From Acidimicrobiales bacterium (GTDB lineage Bacteria; Actinomycetota; Acidimicrobiia; Acidimicrobiales; JAHWKP01), in NCBI GenBank assembly GCA_035526705.1, contig DATLBX010000057.1, positions 99-64,098 of the forward strand: DNA of 64,000 bases. Reading direction: 5' to 3'. Under the pieces are notes generated by a model. That model was not told where the DNA came from and did not search any database. It saw nothing but the letters and a program-made list of their open reading frames with translations. Made by a program: the position numbers and the translations under genes. Shown here in pieces: positions 10,207 to 19,878 of the stretch. Numbering within the stretch: the first letter of the stretch is position 1; each line of letters begins with the position of its first letter.

Positions 10207-12135
10207 CTAAAGAGAAGGACCCTCGGACCTCGCGGTGTCGCTGTCCGCATCCCCGCCTGGAGCCGCGTAGTCGACGTGGAAGGGCACGGATGTGGTGACG
10301 GTGTTGGGGCGGTACAGGAGGGCCAGCTTGAGCGCCAGCGCAGACTGGTTGTGAAGCACGTTCTCGAACAGCCAGCGCCCTGCGACGCCCTTACCCAGCA
10401 CGAACTCAGGGATCACGACGGTGATGGTGTCGTTGTGCCAACGCTCGTCCAGCTCGTCCAGGAACTCCTCGACAGGTTCGACAAGCTCTCTGTATGGAGA
10501 GCCTTTGATCTCCAGAGCCACGTCGATCCCGAAGTCCTCCCACTGCTTTTGTATCGAATCGCGGTCGGTCTCCTCCTGGGCGATGTAGAGCGCCATGATG
10601 TGGTCGGGCCGCAATGACGACGCGTAGTTGAGCGCCTTGAGAGCGCGCCGGTCGATGCGGCCGACGAGGACCACGACCGTGTGCCGCCACGCCTCCGGCT
10701 TTACCTGCTCGGGCGTTATGGCCAAGGCGGTGGTGACGCGGTCGTAGTGCTTCCTGATCGAGCGGAAGACCAAGATGATCCCGGGGACCACGACCAACGG
10801 CACCCATGCGCCGCTCGTGAACTTGGTGACGGCGACGACTATCAGCACCACGCCGGTCGCGACCGCGCCGATGCCGCTGATGACCGCCCGTTTGCGCCAG
10901 CCGGGCAGGCCCTGCCGCTTCTGGTACCGCACCATGCCGGTCTGGCTGAGAGTGAACGAAGTGAACACGCCGACTGCGTACAGCGGAATCAGGGCGGTCG
11001 TTATGCCGCCGAAGGCGGCCAACAGGCCGCCGGCAGCAAGCGCCAGGATCACGATTCCGTTGGAGAACACCAGGCGGTCGCCGCGGTTGGCCAACTGGCG
11101 CGGGAGGTAACCGTCTCTCGCGATGATCGAGGCGACGCGGGGAAAGTCGGCGTAGGCGGTGTTGGCGGCGAGGGCGAGGATTCCGGCGGTCGCGATCTGG
11201 AACGCGAGGTAGAGCCCTCCATGGCCGAAGACCACTCCGGCCATCTGCGAAAGCACCGTCTGTTCGTGGCTCGGGTACGGACGAAGGTGATTGGCGAGGA
11301 TGGCCGTCCCCAAGAACAGGCTGCCCAGGATGATGGCCAGGGCGGTCAAAGTTATGGCCGCGTTCTTCGACTCGGGCTTTCGGAATACCGGCACGCCGTC
11401 GGCCATGGCCTCGATACCGGTGAGCGCGACCGCGCCGGAGGAGAAGCCCTTCAGGATCAGAAACAGGCCGAGGTTGCCGCCGCTCAGCGCGCCGTGAAAG
11501 GCGTGGTGGTCGATCACCACGTGCGGCAGCGGCGTGAGGATGAACTCGCGGATGAGGCCATATCCGACGAGGCCGGCGAGAAGGAAGATGTAGGTATAGG
11601 TCGGCAAGGCGAACACCGCGCCCGACTCTTTGACCCCGCGGAGGTTCGCCACGGTGATCAGGGCGATGAGCCCGAGACCGATGGCGACCCGATGGTCAGC
11701 CAGGTGGCGAAACGCCGGAATGGAGATCAGGGCGGCCACGCCGGCCGATACGGACACCGCGACAGTGAGGATGTAGTCCACGAGGAGGGAGGCTCCGGCC
11801 ACCATCGAAGTGCCGCGGCCGAGGTTTTCCCGGCTGACGACGTAAGACCCGCCGCCCGTCGGATACGCGTAAATGGTCTGCCGATACGAAGTGACGACAA
11901 CGGCCAACAGGAGCGCGACGGCCACGGCGATCGGGCCGAGCACGCCGAGGCCCAGGGCGAGGCTCGACGCACCCACCGCCGTGACAAAGAGGATTTCCTC
12001 CGCGGCGTAGGCGGTCGACGAGATGGCGTCCGAGGAGAAGACGGGCAACGCCAGGAGCTTTGAGATGCGCTGGTGCTCCGCCTCGGCCGTCGACAGGGGG
12101 CGTCCCACGAGGAGCCGTTTGACCAGCGAGTACAC
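10207..12135 (-). CDS. APC-superfamily permease with cytoplasmic C-terminal domain
   Basis: 642 aa with ~12 hydrophobic segments followed by a ~170-aa soluble tail. Its position next to paired trkA genes matches the Rv2690c-ceoB-ceoC arrangement, recalled from memory. GTG start. Confidence 0.8.
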   Translation of the reverse strand: MYSLVKRLLVGRPLSTAEAEHQRISKLLALPVFSSDAISSTAYAAEEILFVTAVGASSLALGLGVLGPIAVAVALLLAVVVTSYRQTIYAYPTGGGSYVVSRENLGRGTSMVAGASLLVDYILTVAVSVSAGVAALISIPAFRHLADHRVAIGLGLIALITVANLRGVKESGAVFALPTYTYIFLLAGLVGYGLIREFILTPLPHVVIDHHAFHGALSGGNLGLFLILKGFSSGAVALTGIEAMADGVPVFRKPESKNAAITLTALAIILGSLFLGTAILANHLRPYPSHEQTVLSQMAGVVFGHGGLYLAFQIATAGILALAANTAYADFPRVASIIARDGYLPRQLANRGDRLVFSNGIVILALAAGGLLAAFGGITTALIPLYAVGVFTSFTLSQTGMVRYQKRQGLPGWRKRAVISGIGAVATGVVLIVVAVTKFTSGAWVPLVVVPGIILVFRSIRKHYDRVTTALAITPEQVKPEAWRHTVVVLVGRIDRRALKALNYASSLRPDHIMALYIAQEETDRDSIQKQWEDFGIDVALEIKGSPYRELVEPVEEFLDELDERWHNDTITVVIPEFVLGKGVAGRWLFENVLHNQSALALKLALLYRPNTVTTSVPFHVDYAAPGGDADSDTARSEGPSL

Positions 12136-12168
12136 GGCGTCACGCTAGGCGTGCTTGCATATCTCCTC

Positions 12169-12831
12169 GTGCATTCGATAGTGGTGGGCTGTGGGCGGCT
12201 CGGTTCCGAGCTCGCGGTGGAGCTGGAGCGGGCTGGTCACACGGTGTCCATCATCGACAAGAGGAAGACCGCGTTCGAGCGTTATCTGCCGGAGAGGTGG
12301 ACCGGCCGGGCCGTCGTGGGGATGGGTTTCGACCGTGACGCCCTCGAGCAGGCCGGCATCAAGGAAGCCTCCGCTGTTGCGGCCGTGACCGGGGGAGACA
12401 ACTCGAACATCCTCGCGGCGCGTATCGCCAAAGAGACATTTCAGATACCCAACGTCGTCGCCCGGATTCAGGATCCGCGGCGCGCCGTTCTGTATCAGCA
12501 GCTCGGGATACAAACGGTTGCGTCGGTGAGTTGGGCTACCGAGCAGGTGATGCGCCGGCTGTTCCCCTCCGAGTCCATCTCGGAATGGTCCGACGCAACT
12601 GGCTCTCTCAAGTTGATCGACATCGCCATTCCCGCCAAGTGGGCCGGCCGCAAGCTGGGCGACCTCAGCGAGGCCGGTCGCTTCCAACTGATCGGCCTCA
12701 CTCGTGGCGGGGAGGCTCGGATCCCACGCCCTGAGCAGGTGGGACAGGAGGGCGATCGCCTCCACCTGATCACGATGGCCGAAGCCGAGAAGGACCTCAC
12801 CGACCGCCTCGAAGGAGGACCGGAAGCGTGA
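12169..12831 (+). CDS. trkA: TrkA-family potassium uptake protein (RCK N+C)
   Basis: Rossmann N-terminus VHSIVVGCGRLGSELAVELERAGH. I chose the GTG at 12169 to remove overlap with the divergent permease (the ORF track starts at 12073). Confidence 0.85.
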   Translation: MHSIVVGCGRLGSELAVELERAGHTVSIIDKRKTAFERYLPERWTGRAVVGMGFDRDALEQAGIKEASAVAAVTGGDNSNILAARIAKETFQIPNVVARIQDPRRAVLYQQLGIQTVASVSWATEQVMRRLFPSESISEWSDATGSLKLIDIAIPAKWAGRKLGDLSEAGRFQLIGLTRGGEARIPRPEQVGQEGDRLHLITMAEAEKDLTDRLEGGPEA

Positions 12832-13499
12832 AAGTGGCCGTGTGCGGGGCGGGGAACGTCGGCGTCTACATCGCGAAGGATCTGCACGACGCGGGGCACG
12901 AGGTCGTGCTGTTGGAGAACGACTCGATTCTCGTCGCGAAGCTGCTTCCGCGTCTACCCATGAAGGTGCTGCACGCAGATGCCTGCGAAGTCAGCCGGTT
13001 GCAGGAAGCCAAGCTCGAGACGATGGACGTCGTGGTCGCGGCAACCGGAGACGACGAGGACAACCTCGTAATTTCCCTTCTGTCAAAGCAGGAATTCGCG
13101 GTGCCGCGCGTCGTCGCCCGCGTCAATCATCCGGAGAACATGTGGCTGTTCAACGAGGCCTGGGGCGTCGACCGCGCCGTTTCCACGCCTCACCTGCTTA
13201 CGGCGCTGGTCGAAGAGGCGGTCACTGTCGGTTCTCTCGTGCGTCTCATGGAGTTCGGCGATGCCCGACTGGTCGAGGTGCGTCTCGCGGGATCGTCTCC
13301 GGCGGCCAACAAACAGATCACCGATCTTCAGATCCCACGTGAGGCGACCGTCGTAGCGGTCATTCGCGAGGAGCACGTCATCGTCCCCCGAGGCGACACC
13401 GTCATCCAGGCCGGGGACGAAGTGATGGTCCTGGTGACTACGAATGCGTCGGAGGATCAGGTGAAGCAGATCTTCGTCGCCGGAGCCGCGGACTCCTAG
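12828..13499 (+). CDS. trkA: TrkA-family potassium uptake protein (second paralogue)
   Basis: MKVAVCGAGNVGVYIAKDLHDAGHEVVLLE. The start overlaps the previous stop by 4 nt. Confidence 0.88.
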   Translation: MKVAVCGAGNVGVYIAKDLHDAGHEVVLLENDSILVAKLLPRLPMKVLHADACEVSRLQEAKLETMDVVVAATGDDEDNLVISLLSKQEFAVPRVVARVNHPENMWLFNEAWGVDRAVSTPHLLTALVEEAVTVGSLVRLMEFGDARLVEVRLAGSSPAANKQITDLQIPREATVVAVIREEHVIVPRGDTVIQAGDEVMVLVTTNASEDQVKQIFVAGAADS

Positions 13500-13514
13500 A
13501 GCCCGAGCGGCTCT
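13498..13514. terminator. Short hairpin between convergent genes (possible bidirectional terminator)
   Basis: AGAGCC-CGAGC-GGCTCT overlaps the trkA stop codon. There is no clear U-tract. Confidence 0.25.
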
Positions 13515-13527
13515 TCAGAGCGGGACG

Positions 13528-13890
13528 TCAAAGCAGTTCGTAGCGGGGGTTCAGGATCAGGAGCCGGCCGGTACGCCCGGAGGGGTGACCCCTCCCGCTG
13601 ACGAGCAGGCGACGTCCTTCATGGACTCCCGCGATCTTCTTCCGCCCCGTCCACATCACGACGATCGTCCCTGTGCCGTCGCTCACCGTTGCCTCGAGCC
13701 AAGGTGACCCGTCCGGCTTGGGCACGATGCGCCAACTCTGCACTTCACCGACCACGGTGCCGTGCTCGCGCGGAAGGAGATCTCCCATTGCCTTGACGTG
13801 AGGAAACGCCGAGCAGAAATCTCGCAAACGCTCGTCGTCGAGTTGCGCCGCCGTCGCGGTGAACCGCTTGAGTTTGTCCTTCAGCGCCAC
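13528..13890 (-). CDS. OB-fold nucleic-acid-binding domain protein
   Basis: 120 aa. GTVVGEVQSWRIVPK...LEATVSDGTGTIVVMWTGRKKIAG is the typical OB-fold pattern found next to trkA paralogues in Actinobacteria. Confidence 0.7.
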   Translation of the reverse strand: MALKDKLKRFTATAAQLDDERLRDFCSAFPHVKAMGDLLPREHGTVVGEVQSWRIVPKPDGSPWLEATVSDGTGTIVVMWTGRKKIAGVHEGRRLLVSGRGHPSGRTGRLLILNPRYELL

Positions 13891-13897
13891 GACGCCG

Positions 13898-14323
13898 CTA
13901 CCCCTCCGCTGGCCCGCAGTACATCACCAGCGTCACCGTCGTGCCCGAACCCGACGTCTTGAAATCCACCTCGTCCACCAACGAGCGGATCAAGGGGATG
14001 CCGAGGCCGCGCTCGAAGTTGAGGCGCTCCGGGTCGGTGACCGGCGGATGCTGAGGAAGGGTGGCCAGGTCGAAGCCCGGTCCGCTGTCGTTGACGGCAA
14101 CTTCCAGGCGATCGTCGCCTTCGGCCCAAGTGACGACAACGCGGTCGTCAGTGTCGGAATCCGAATGCGCGTCGATGGCATTCGTGCATGCTTCCGAAAC
14201 GGCGAGTTTGAGGTCGTCGATGCGGTCGTCGGCAATTTCCCGGCGCGTCGTGGCCAATGAGGAAACGAAGAGCCGGACCAGACTTACGAACTCCGGCTCG
14301 GCGGGTATCTCGAGCTCGACCAT
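13898..14323 (-). CDS. Anti-sigma regulatory factor, RsbW/SpoIIAB-like Ser kinase (HATPase_c)
   Basis: N-box EACTNAIDH-like (VSEACTNAIDAH), G-boxes DSGPGF and GLGIPLI. Confidence 0.85.
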   Translation of the reverse strand: MVELEIPAEPEFVSLVRLFVSSLATTRREIADDRIDDLKLAVSEACTNAIDAHSDSDTDDRVVVTWAEGDDRLEVAVNDSGPGFDLATLPQHPPVTDPERLNFERGLGIPLIRSLVDEVDFKTSGSGTTVTLVMYCGPAEG

Positions 14324-14353
14324 CTGTCCGCCGCCCTGCTGCGCGCCGACCGC

Positions 14354-14689
14354 CTAACCGGCGGTGGCCGCTTCCACGCTGTCGTGGATCGAGAAGACTT
14401 TGGTGAGCCCCGTGATCTCGAAGACCTTGAGGATTCGGGACTGAGTCGAAACCAGGGTCATCTCACCGTCGTTGCTGCGGAGGCGCTTGAGACCCCCGAC
14501 CAGCACGCCGAGCCCGGTGGAGTCGAGGAAGTCCACGCCTTCGAGGTCGACGACGATCTTGCGCTTGCCCTCCGTTACGAGCTCGACGAGCCGCTCACGG
14601 AGTCGGGGCGCCGTGTAGACGTCGACCTCGCCCTTCACGGCCAGCACCGTGTGACCGTTCTTTTCAGTTACATCAAGGCCAAGGTCCAA
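14354..14689 (-). CDS. STAS-domain anti-sigma-factor antagonist (RsbV/SpoIIAA-like)
   Basis: [18 protein letters not shown] contains the phosphorylatable Ser in the DST motif. TTG start preceded by AAAGGTGAG. Confidence 0.88.
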   Translation of the reverse strand: MDLGLDVTEKNGHTVLAVKGEVDVYTAPRLRERLVELVTEGKRKIVVDLEGVDFLDSTGLGVLVGGLKRLRSNDGEMTLVSTQSRILKVFEITGLTKVFSIHDSVEAATAG

Positions 14690-14752
14690 CGCTTCTCACC
14701 TTTCGCTTCGCAGGCCCCCCGGCCCGGCGACAACCTAGCGCGCCGTTTTATT

Positions 14753-14823
14753 GGCTCGTCCGCCTTCGGCTCCTCGCGGTGCGGCGGGGACCCCCTCCCC
14801 GCTGCGCGGGCGCTCGTCGGGGG
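14753..14823 (-). repeat. Family B repeat, copy B3 (reverse orientation)
   Basis: The reverse complement contains GCGGGG-AGGGGGT-CCCCGC followed by CGCACCGCGAGGAGCCGAAGGCGGACGAGCC. Confidence 0.7.
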
Positions 14824-14862
14824 ATGAGAACAGGAACTTGGGGCGTGTCCGCCTGAACCGCG

Positions 14863-16128
14863 TCAGCTTTGATTCGACGCGACTGCTTCGAGGGGGACCT
14901 TCTCGACTTCGCCTCGAAGCCAGAGCACGTGCATGAGGACGACGGTTACGAGCAGGCCCGCGGCGAAGAACCGCAGCATGTCGGCCTGGTTCGAGCTCGA
15001 GTCGCCGAAACCGCCGTCGGGCACCGCCATCTCGCCCTCTTCCGGCTCGAGAATGTCTTTGGGCTCGAACGGGAGCTGCTCGCTGAAGCCGGGGTCGGGT
15101 TCTGGCAGCGGCTCGACGACCGGAGCCCGGGTCTGGTCGAGCAGGGAGCCGAAACCGGACAGGTCGACCCGCCCCGCACGGGAGATGGTGGGCGAGCGCG
15201 GGCCGCCGGAGCTGCCGCTGCCACTGCCGCCGCTGCCCCCGCTGCCGCCCCCCCCGCCACTGCCGGGGCTGCCGTCGCCGCTCGGCCCGGAATCCGGCTC
15301 CCCGGCCTGGTCTCCAGAGGAATCGGTGCTCCCCCCCGGCGGGTTGGGCACCGTGGTGCTGGCCGCCTCCGATGGTGGCGACGCCACACCGGAGTCAGCA
15401 GCCGCCCCCGAACGTATGGCGACGACTCGGTAGCTGTAGAGACCCCCGTCGTTCGCCGATTGGGTGTCGCGGAAGAAGTTCTCCTTCGTCTCCCCCGCCA
15501 CCGACCATTCGCCCTCGTCCTTCGAGCGCTGGATCTGGTAGCCGATGATGTCGGGCTCCGGGTTCTGCTTCCAGGTGACGTCCACTTCGCGACTGTCGGG
15601 GTCTGCTCGGACCACGACCTCCTTGGGGATCGCAGGGGAGGCCTCGATGGCAAAACTGCGACTCGTCTCGCTGGTCTCGGTGCCGTTGGTGTCGACTGGC
15701 TGGTCCTCGCCGGATGCCCTGACGTTGAGCAGGTAGTTGCCGTTGTAAGGCAGCGAGGGTGTCCACGAGAACGCGACCGACGCCCGCCCGTCGCCGGCGA
15801 TCCGGTGCGCGCTGGGAACGGGTCGGCCTTCGGCCGAGGAGATCGAGGCGATCACTTCGAGAATTTCGCCGTCGGGCATCTGCGCGTCGCCGCTGACGTT
15901 CGGCGTCGAGTCGCCCAGGGTTTCGTGATCGGCCGGCGTGTTGATCCGCACGCTCGGGGCGGCGGCCGAAACGGGTTGAACCCATACGCTCAAAGCCGCC
16001 AGGACGCCTGCGGCCGCCGCCGCGAACCGCCTCATCGCGGGGGGCGCGGAGTCCTTCCGACTCCCTGCGGGGGGCCCGGAGCCCTTCCGACTCCCTGCGG
16101 GGGGCCCGGAGCCCTTCCGCGTGCTCAT
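14863..16128 (-). CDS. Exported protein: signal peptide, Ig/Fn3-like region, Gly/Ser-rich linker, C-terminal TM anchor
   Basis: The ATG at 16128 overlaps the sortase stop as ATGA; an alternative start is MRRFAAAAAGVLAALSVWVQPVSAAAP. Fn3-like EVDVTWKQNPEPDIIGYQIQRS...YSYRVVAI. No LPxTG or LAxTG motif. Confidence 0.7.
   Translation of the reverse strand: MSTRKGSGPPAGSRKGSGPPAGSRKDSAPPAMRRFAAAAAGVLAALSVWVQPVSAAAPSVRINTPADHETLGDSTPNVSGDAQMPDGEILEVIASISSAEGRPVPSAHRIAGDGRASVAFSWTPSLPYNGNYLLNVRASGEDQPVDTNGTETSETSRSFAIEASPAIPKEVVVRADPDSREVDVTWKQNPEPDIIGYQIQRSKDEGEWSVAGETKENFFRDTQSANDGGLYSYRVVAIRSGAAADSGVASPPSEAASTTVPNPPGGSTDSSGDQAGEPDSGPSGDGSPGSGGGGGSGGSGGSGSGSSGGPRSPTISRAGRVDLSGFGSLLDQTRAPVVEPLPEPDPGFSEQLPFEPKDILEPEEGEMAVPDGGFGDSSSNQADMLRFFAAGLLVTVVLMHVLWLRGEVEKVPLEAVASNQS
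16041..16120. repeat. 30-bp tandem repeat (2.7 units) encoding RKGSGPPAGS
   Basis: GGGGCCCGGAGCCCTTCCGACTCCCTGCGG occupies 16071-16100. A near-identical unit lies at 16041-16070 and a partial one at 16101-16120. Confidence 0.85.
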
Positions 16129-16748
16129 GCCGTGCCCGGCTCTCCCGACACGTAGGTCGCCTTGATGACGAGTCGCTGCCGGGCCGAGTGCTTCGGGTGG
16201 CACGTGGTGAGGGTGAGCTCGCGCGTCGTCGGAGTGTCGGAGATGACGTCGAGATTCGACGGAGAGATCACGAACGGCTGCTTGGACACCGCGTAGGTGC
16301 ACGTGCCGATGGGCGTCGTGAGAATGATTGTGTCGCCCTCTTTGAGCTGGTCCAGGTTGGCAAACGGCTTGCCGTACGTCGTGCGGTGACCGGCGATGCC
16401 CACATTGCCGTTCTCGCAGGGCAAGGGCGTTGAGGGGTAGTGCCCGGCGCCGGCTCGCAGGGCGCTGGCCGTAGTGCCCTCGACGACGATCGTGTCGACG
16501 TTGATTTTCGGAATCTGGATCCGGGTCAGGCTGTCGCCCACTTCGATCCGGCGCTGGCGGTACTTCTCCTGCAGTTCAGGACTGGCCAGCTCGTCCGTCA
16601 GGCGGTCTTGCACCCGGCCCTGGTAGAAGTTCGTGTAGAGCGGATACCCGAGCAGTCCCACCGCCCCGGCCAACAGGGCGACGCTCAGCACCGACAAACC
16701 GCGGCGCGCCCACTGGTGGCTGCGGAGGTACTCGATCAGTCGGTCCAC
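16125..16748 (-). CDS. Class E sortase
   Basis: N-terminal TM anchor, catalytic His in GIAGHRTTYG, TLTTCHP (TLxTC Cys) and a downstream Arg (RLVIKA). Confidence 0.9.
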   Translation of the reverse strand: MDRLIEYLRSHQWARRGLSVLSVALLAGAVGLLGYPLYTNFYQGRVQDRLTDELASPELQEKYRQRRIEVGDSLTRIQIPKINVDTIVVEGTTASALRAGAGHYPSTPLPCENGNVGIAGHRTTYGKPFANLDQLKEGDTIILTTPIGTCTYAVSKQPFVISPSNLDVISDTPTTRELTLTTCHPKHSARQRLVIKATYVSGEPGTA

Positions 16749-16924
16749 TTCGCTCCTTCAATCTCGGACGGTGTCAGTCCGGTCGACACCGGTCAGGCGA
16801 TCGTACGACCTCATGACGCACGGAGGGGTTCGCCGTGACGCGAAAAACCCCGGAGCCGAAGCTCCGGGGCCTTTCGGTTGTTGCCAGTGCTGGCGTGGGG
16901 CAGGGCCCCCGCCGGCGATTTGAC

Positions 16925-18088
16925 TTAGTGGAGGCTGAGGACCACCCGGCGGGTGAGGACAGCCAGGCCGACTGCGCCGATACCGGCGAGCGGGATCCAG
17001 GGCATGCCACCCGTACGGGCGAGCTCTGCAACTTCGACGATGTCACCGGCAACCGCAGGGTTGCCGACTGCGCCGGCCTCTGCGTGAGCCAGCTCCAGGA
17101 CGATTCCACCGTTGACACCCTTGAGCAGTTCCAGCTTGACGCCGTCGGCGACCGAGGCGACGCTGCCGTCAGGGTTCTTGGTGACACTGCCGTCGGCGAC
17201 CGTGATGGTCGACTCCAGCGGGGTGTTCTCCAGGATGGTGATGGTCTCGCCGGGGGCGACGGGGATGTCGACGTTGCCGGTGAGGGGGGTGGAGAGGCGC
17301 ACCGTGACGATGGCGGGGTCGTAGCTACCAGCACCCGTGCCGGCAGCCCGGTCGTAGGTGGCGGTGGCCTTGGCCGAGCCGACGATGATGCTGGCAACCG
17401 GGTTCTCGAGGAGCCCGCCGACCGGAAGAAGGTCGACCTGAGCGGCCTCGGCAACGCCGACTGCGGTGACTACGCCGGCCTCAGTCGAGACCTCGGAGCG
17501 GCTGTGGCCGACCTTGGCGTCGAGGGTCTGAGTCGTGCCAACGGCAGTCAGCAGTTCGCTGACCGTGTCGGTCACCGGGTTGAGCTCGGCGGGAAGGGCG
17601 CCGAAGACACCCTCAAGGGCCTCCTGAACCGGGGCGATGACTTCGTTGATCGGAAGGGCGTTGGCCGTAACGTCGAGCTCAGCCAGCGAACCTTCGCTCA
17701 CCGCGTGGGGAAGGCCATTGGCCACCTCAGCGGTGGAAGCCGAGCAGACGAGCCCGAGGTTCAGGACGGGGGCCGCGGGAACCGCAGCGGCGCACGCCTG
17801 GGGGGCGTCCTGCTTGGTGTTGTTGCCCGTTACTTCAGCCTTGGTGGTGCTGCCGAGCACGAGGACCTGACCGGCGCCGTCGGCCGCAGCCTTGAGCGTG
17901 GAGTCGATCTTCGCGGTCGATACACCGAAGGTGGCCGACTGCCCAAGTACCGAGAGGTTCAGCGCCCGTCCGAGGGCACTACCTGCGTAAACCTCCGGGG
18001 TCTGGGCACCGGCGGGTGCGCTGGCGGCGAAGGCAGCCGCAAGGGCTACTGCGCCGGCAACGGCGGTAAGCCGTCGAACGATTCGCAT
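16925..18088 (-). CDS. LAxTG-anchored surface protein (sortase E substrate), function unknown
   Basis: ATG at 18088 preceded by AGGAGA. Signal peptide MRIVRRLTAVAGAVALAAAFAASAPAGAQ. C-terminal sorting signal LARTG, then a hydrophobic stretch and an RR tail. Confidence 0.85.
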   Translation of the reverse strand: MRIVRRLTAVAGAVALAAAFAASAPAGAQTPEVYAGSALGRALNLSVLGQSATFGVSTAKIDSTLKAAADGAGQVLVLGSTTKAEVTGNNTKQDAPQACAAAVPAAPVLNLGLVCSASTAEVANGLPHAVSEGSLAELDVTANALPINEVIAPVQEALEGVFGALPAELNPVTDTVSELLTAVGTTQTLDAKVGHSRSEVSTEAGVVTAVGVAEAAQVDLLPVGGLLENPVASIIVGSAKATATYDRAAGTGAGSYDPAIVTVRLSTPLTGNVDIPVAPGETITILENTPLESTITVADGSVTKNPDGSVASVADGVKLELLKGVNGGIVLELAHAEAGAVGNPAVAGDIVEVAELARTGGMPWIPLAGIGAVGLAVLTRRVVLSLH

Positions 18089-18365
18089 TCTGTTTGTCTC
18101 CTGATTGATCTGCTCGGCCTGCGCCGAGGCTGCGGATGCAGGAATCCCTGCATTTGCTTGCTTCCAGCTAGACGGACCGTTCGCCATTTCATGACGTTGG
18201 CCCTGCGGGGCTAGGCCCGTTCTTGCTGACTGCTACGAGGAACCTACCTGGATCAGGCGTGGATGACACGGTCTGAACGCCAAATGGCCCGGAAGGACTA
18301 GTACTGCCTGGCCCCTTCGAACTAGGCGACGATCCGACCCGGTCACTCTGAGTGAACAGCGCAGG

Positions 18366-18782
18366 TCAAAGGCCCTCTCGGCGCATCGCAGCCTCTGCTT
18401 TCAACGTGACGTCGGGCACCAGGATTCCCACCACCGGCACCTTTGTCGGCACCTCATAGGTGAGCTTTGCCCGCACGCGGCGGGACCCCTGGCGCTGGCC
18501 GGTGACCTGGACCGTCAGCCTGCCCGGTTCGAGCTCCGATCGGGCGATCGCCGCCCTTCTGGGCGCCGACCGGTTGTCCGAGACTGCGGCCTCTCGGGCA
18601 GCCTCACGAGCCGCGTGGGTGAGTTGGATGTGGTCGCGGGCGATGACAGTCACCTGGAGCAGGGCCATCAGCAAGAGGAAGAGGATCGGGAGGGACAACG
18701 CGAGCTCGACACTCGACTGGCCCCTCTCCCCCAACCGGTGCTGCGGGGGACCGGAGTCCCCCGCAGCCTCGAACCGAGTCAT
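18366..18782 (-). CDS. TadE-like pilus assembly protein
   Basis: Last 138 codons of ORF 18366..19121. Carries the TadE N-terminal motif GQSSVELALSLPILFLLLMALLQ. The ATG at 18782 overlaps the flp stop. Confidence 0.8.
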   Translation of the reverse strand: MTRFEAAGDSGPPQHRLGERGQSSVELALSLPILFLLLMALLQVTVIARDHIQLTHAAREAAREAAVSDNRSAPRRAAIARSELEPGRLTVQVTGQRQGSRRVRAKLTYEVPTKVPVVGILVPDVTLKAEAAMRREGL

Positions 18783-19030
18783 CCGGCCGGCTTCGGCATA
18801 TTGCCCAGGATCGTGTCGAGCAGCTCGGTGAAGACCTTCTTGAGGGTGTCGGACTTGGTCAACCAACCCGCCAGCATGATGGCGAGCAGGGCTGCGCCCA
18901 AGAGGACGAGGGCGTATTCGGCCGAGGCCTGACCCCTCTCGTCGCGCTTGCGGATGACTCGCGCCAGGGTGCCGAACTGCGCGGCGCGGGCCGCGGCGAG
19001 GTAGGCGGTGATGAAGATTGTGTTGAACAA
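18779..19030 (-). CDS. flp: Flp-type (DUF4244-like) prepilin
   Basis: Prepilin-like motif G/QASAEYALVLLGAALLA. TTG start with AAAGGAG 5 nt upstream. Confidence 0.75.
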   Translation of the reverse strand: MFNTIFITAYLAAARAAQFGTLARVIRKRDERGQASAEYALVLLGAALLAIMLAGWLTKSDTLKKVFTELLDTILGNMPKPAG

Positions 19031-19077
19031 CGAAGCTCCTTTGTCTCAAAGCCGGAGAGGGGGAAGCCAAGAAGCGG

Positions 19078-19878
19078 TCACCAATTGAGGTGATGGAATG
19101 ACGTGAGCAAGAGAGGGCCAAGAGTGAGCAGCGCGAAGGCCGGGAGGATGCAGACGACCAGCGGAAAGAGCATCTTCACGGGTAGGCGCCGCGCCACTTC
19201 CTCGGCCTGCCGGCGGCGCGCCGCGCGGACATCGACCGCCAACCGATCGAGGCTCTCACCGAGCGGCACGCCGTAGCGCTCTCCGGAGGCGAGCAGCGAC
19301 ATCAACGGCCGGACGGGCTCTCCACAGCGGAGGGTCAGGTCGTCCAACGCATCGGCCAACCGTTGCCCTCGCCGCGTTGCCTCCGAGGCCAACGCCATCT
19401 CGCCCGCCAGCGGACCCGTACCGCCACGGCCCACGGCGCTGACCGCCAGTGGGACGTTCAGGCCAGCGCCGAGCGCCAGCGTCAAGAGGTCGACCACCTC
19501 GGGCAGGTCGTTCGCCAGAGCAACGCGACGTGCTTTTTCACCGCGGAAGGCAACCAAGCGGGGAGCGAACCAACCGGCGAAGCCGGCCAAACTCGACAGG
19601 AGCGGACCCATCGGTAGGAGGACCGCGGCGAACACCGCGGCGGCCCCGACCGATCGCGTCGTGAGAACCGGCACCGGAGCCCTGGGCTTGCTGCGCCCGC
19701 GTGCAAGCGTCACCAGGACTCGACCAACGCGCTCGAAATTCCATGGAGCGGGTCGCGGCCCGACGACTGCCGGCTTGAGGGTCTCGATACGACCCCCGTC
19801 GTGATGCAGCGCGAGGCACATGGCCACCTGCGCGGCGCCGCAGCTGAGCGCAAGCAGCGCGAGTGCGGCGTGGATCAC
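19078..19878 (-). CDS. tadC: TadC-like type II secretion system F-family membrane protein
   Basis: T2SSF-like C-terminal region LADALDDL...RLPVKMLFPLVVCILPAFALL. The GTG at 19878 overlaps the tadB stop as GTGA (the ORF track extends to 19953). Confidence 0.8.
   Translation of the reverse strand: MIHAALALLALSCGAAQVAMCLALHHDGGRIETLKPAVVGPRPAPWNFERVGRVLVTLARGRSKPRAPVPVLTTRSVGAAAVFAAVLLPMGPLLSSLAGFAGWFAPRLVAFRGEKARRVALANDLPEVVDLLTLALGAGLNVPLAVSAVGRGGTGPLAGEMALASEATRRGQRLADALDDLTLRCGEPVRPLMSLLASGERYGVPLGESLDRLAVDVRAARRRQAEEVARRLPVKMLFPLVVCILPAFALLTLGPLLLTSFHHLNW

Noticed and set aside
14863-16128. A second sortase substrate: the Fn3 protein coupled to the sortase.
   Set aside because: Its C-terminus has a TM helix but no LPxTG or LAxTG motif before it. 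It more likely stays membrane-anchored.
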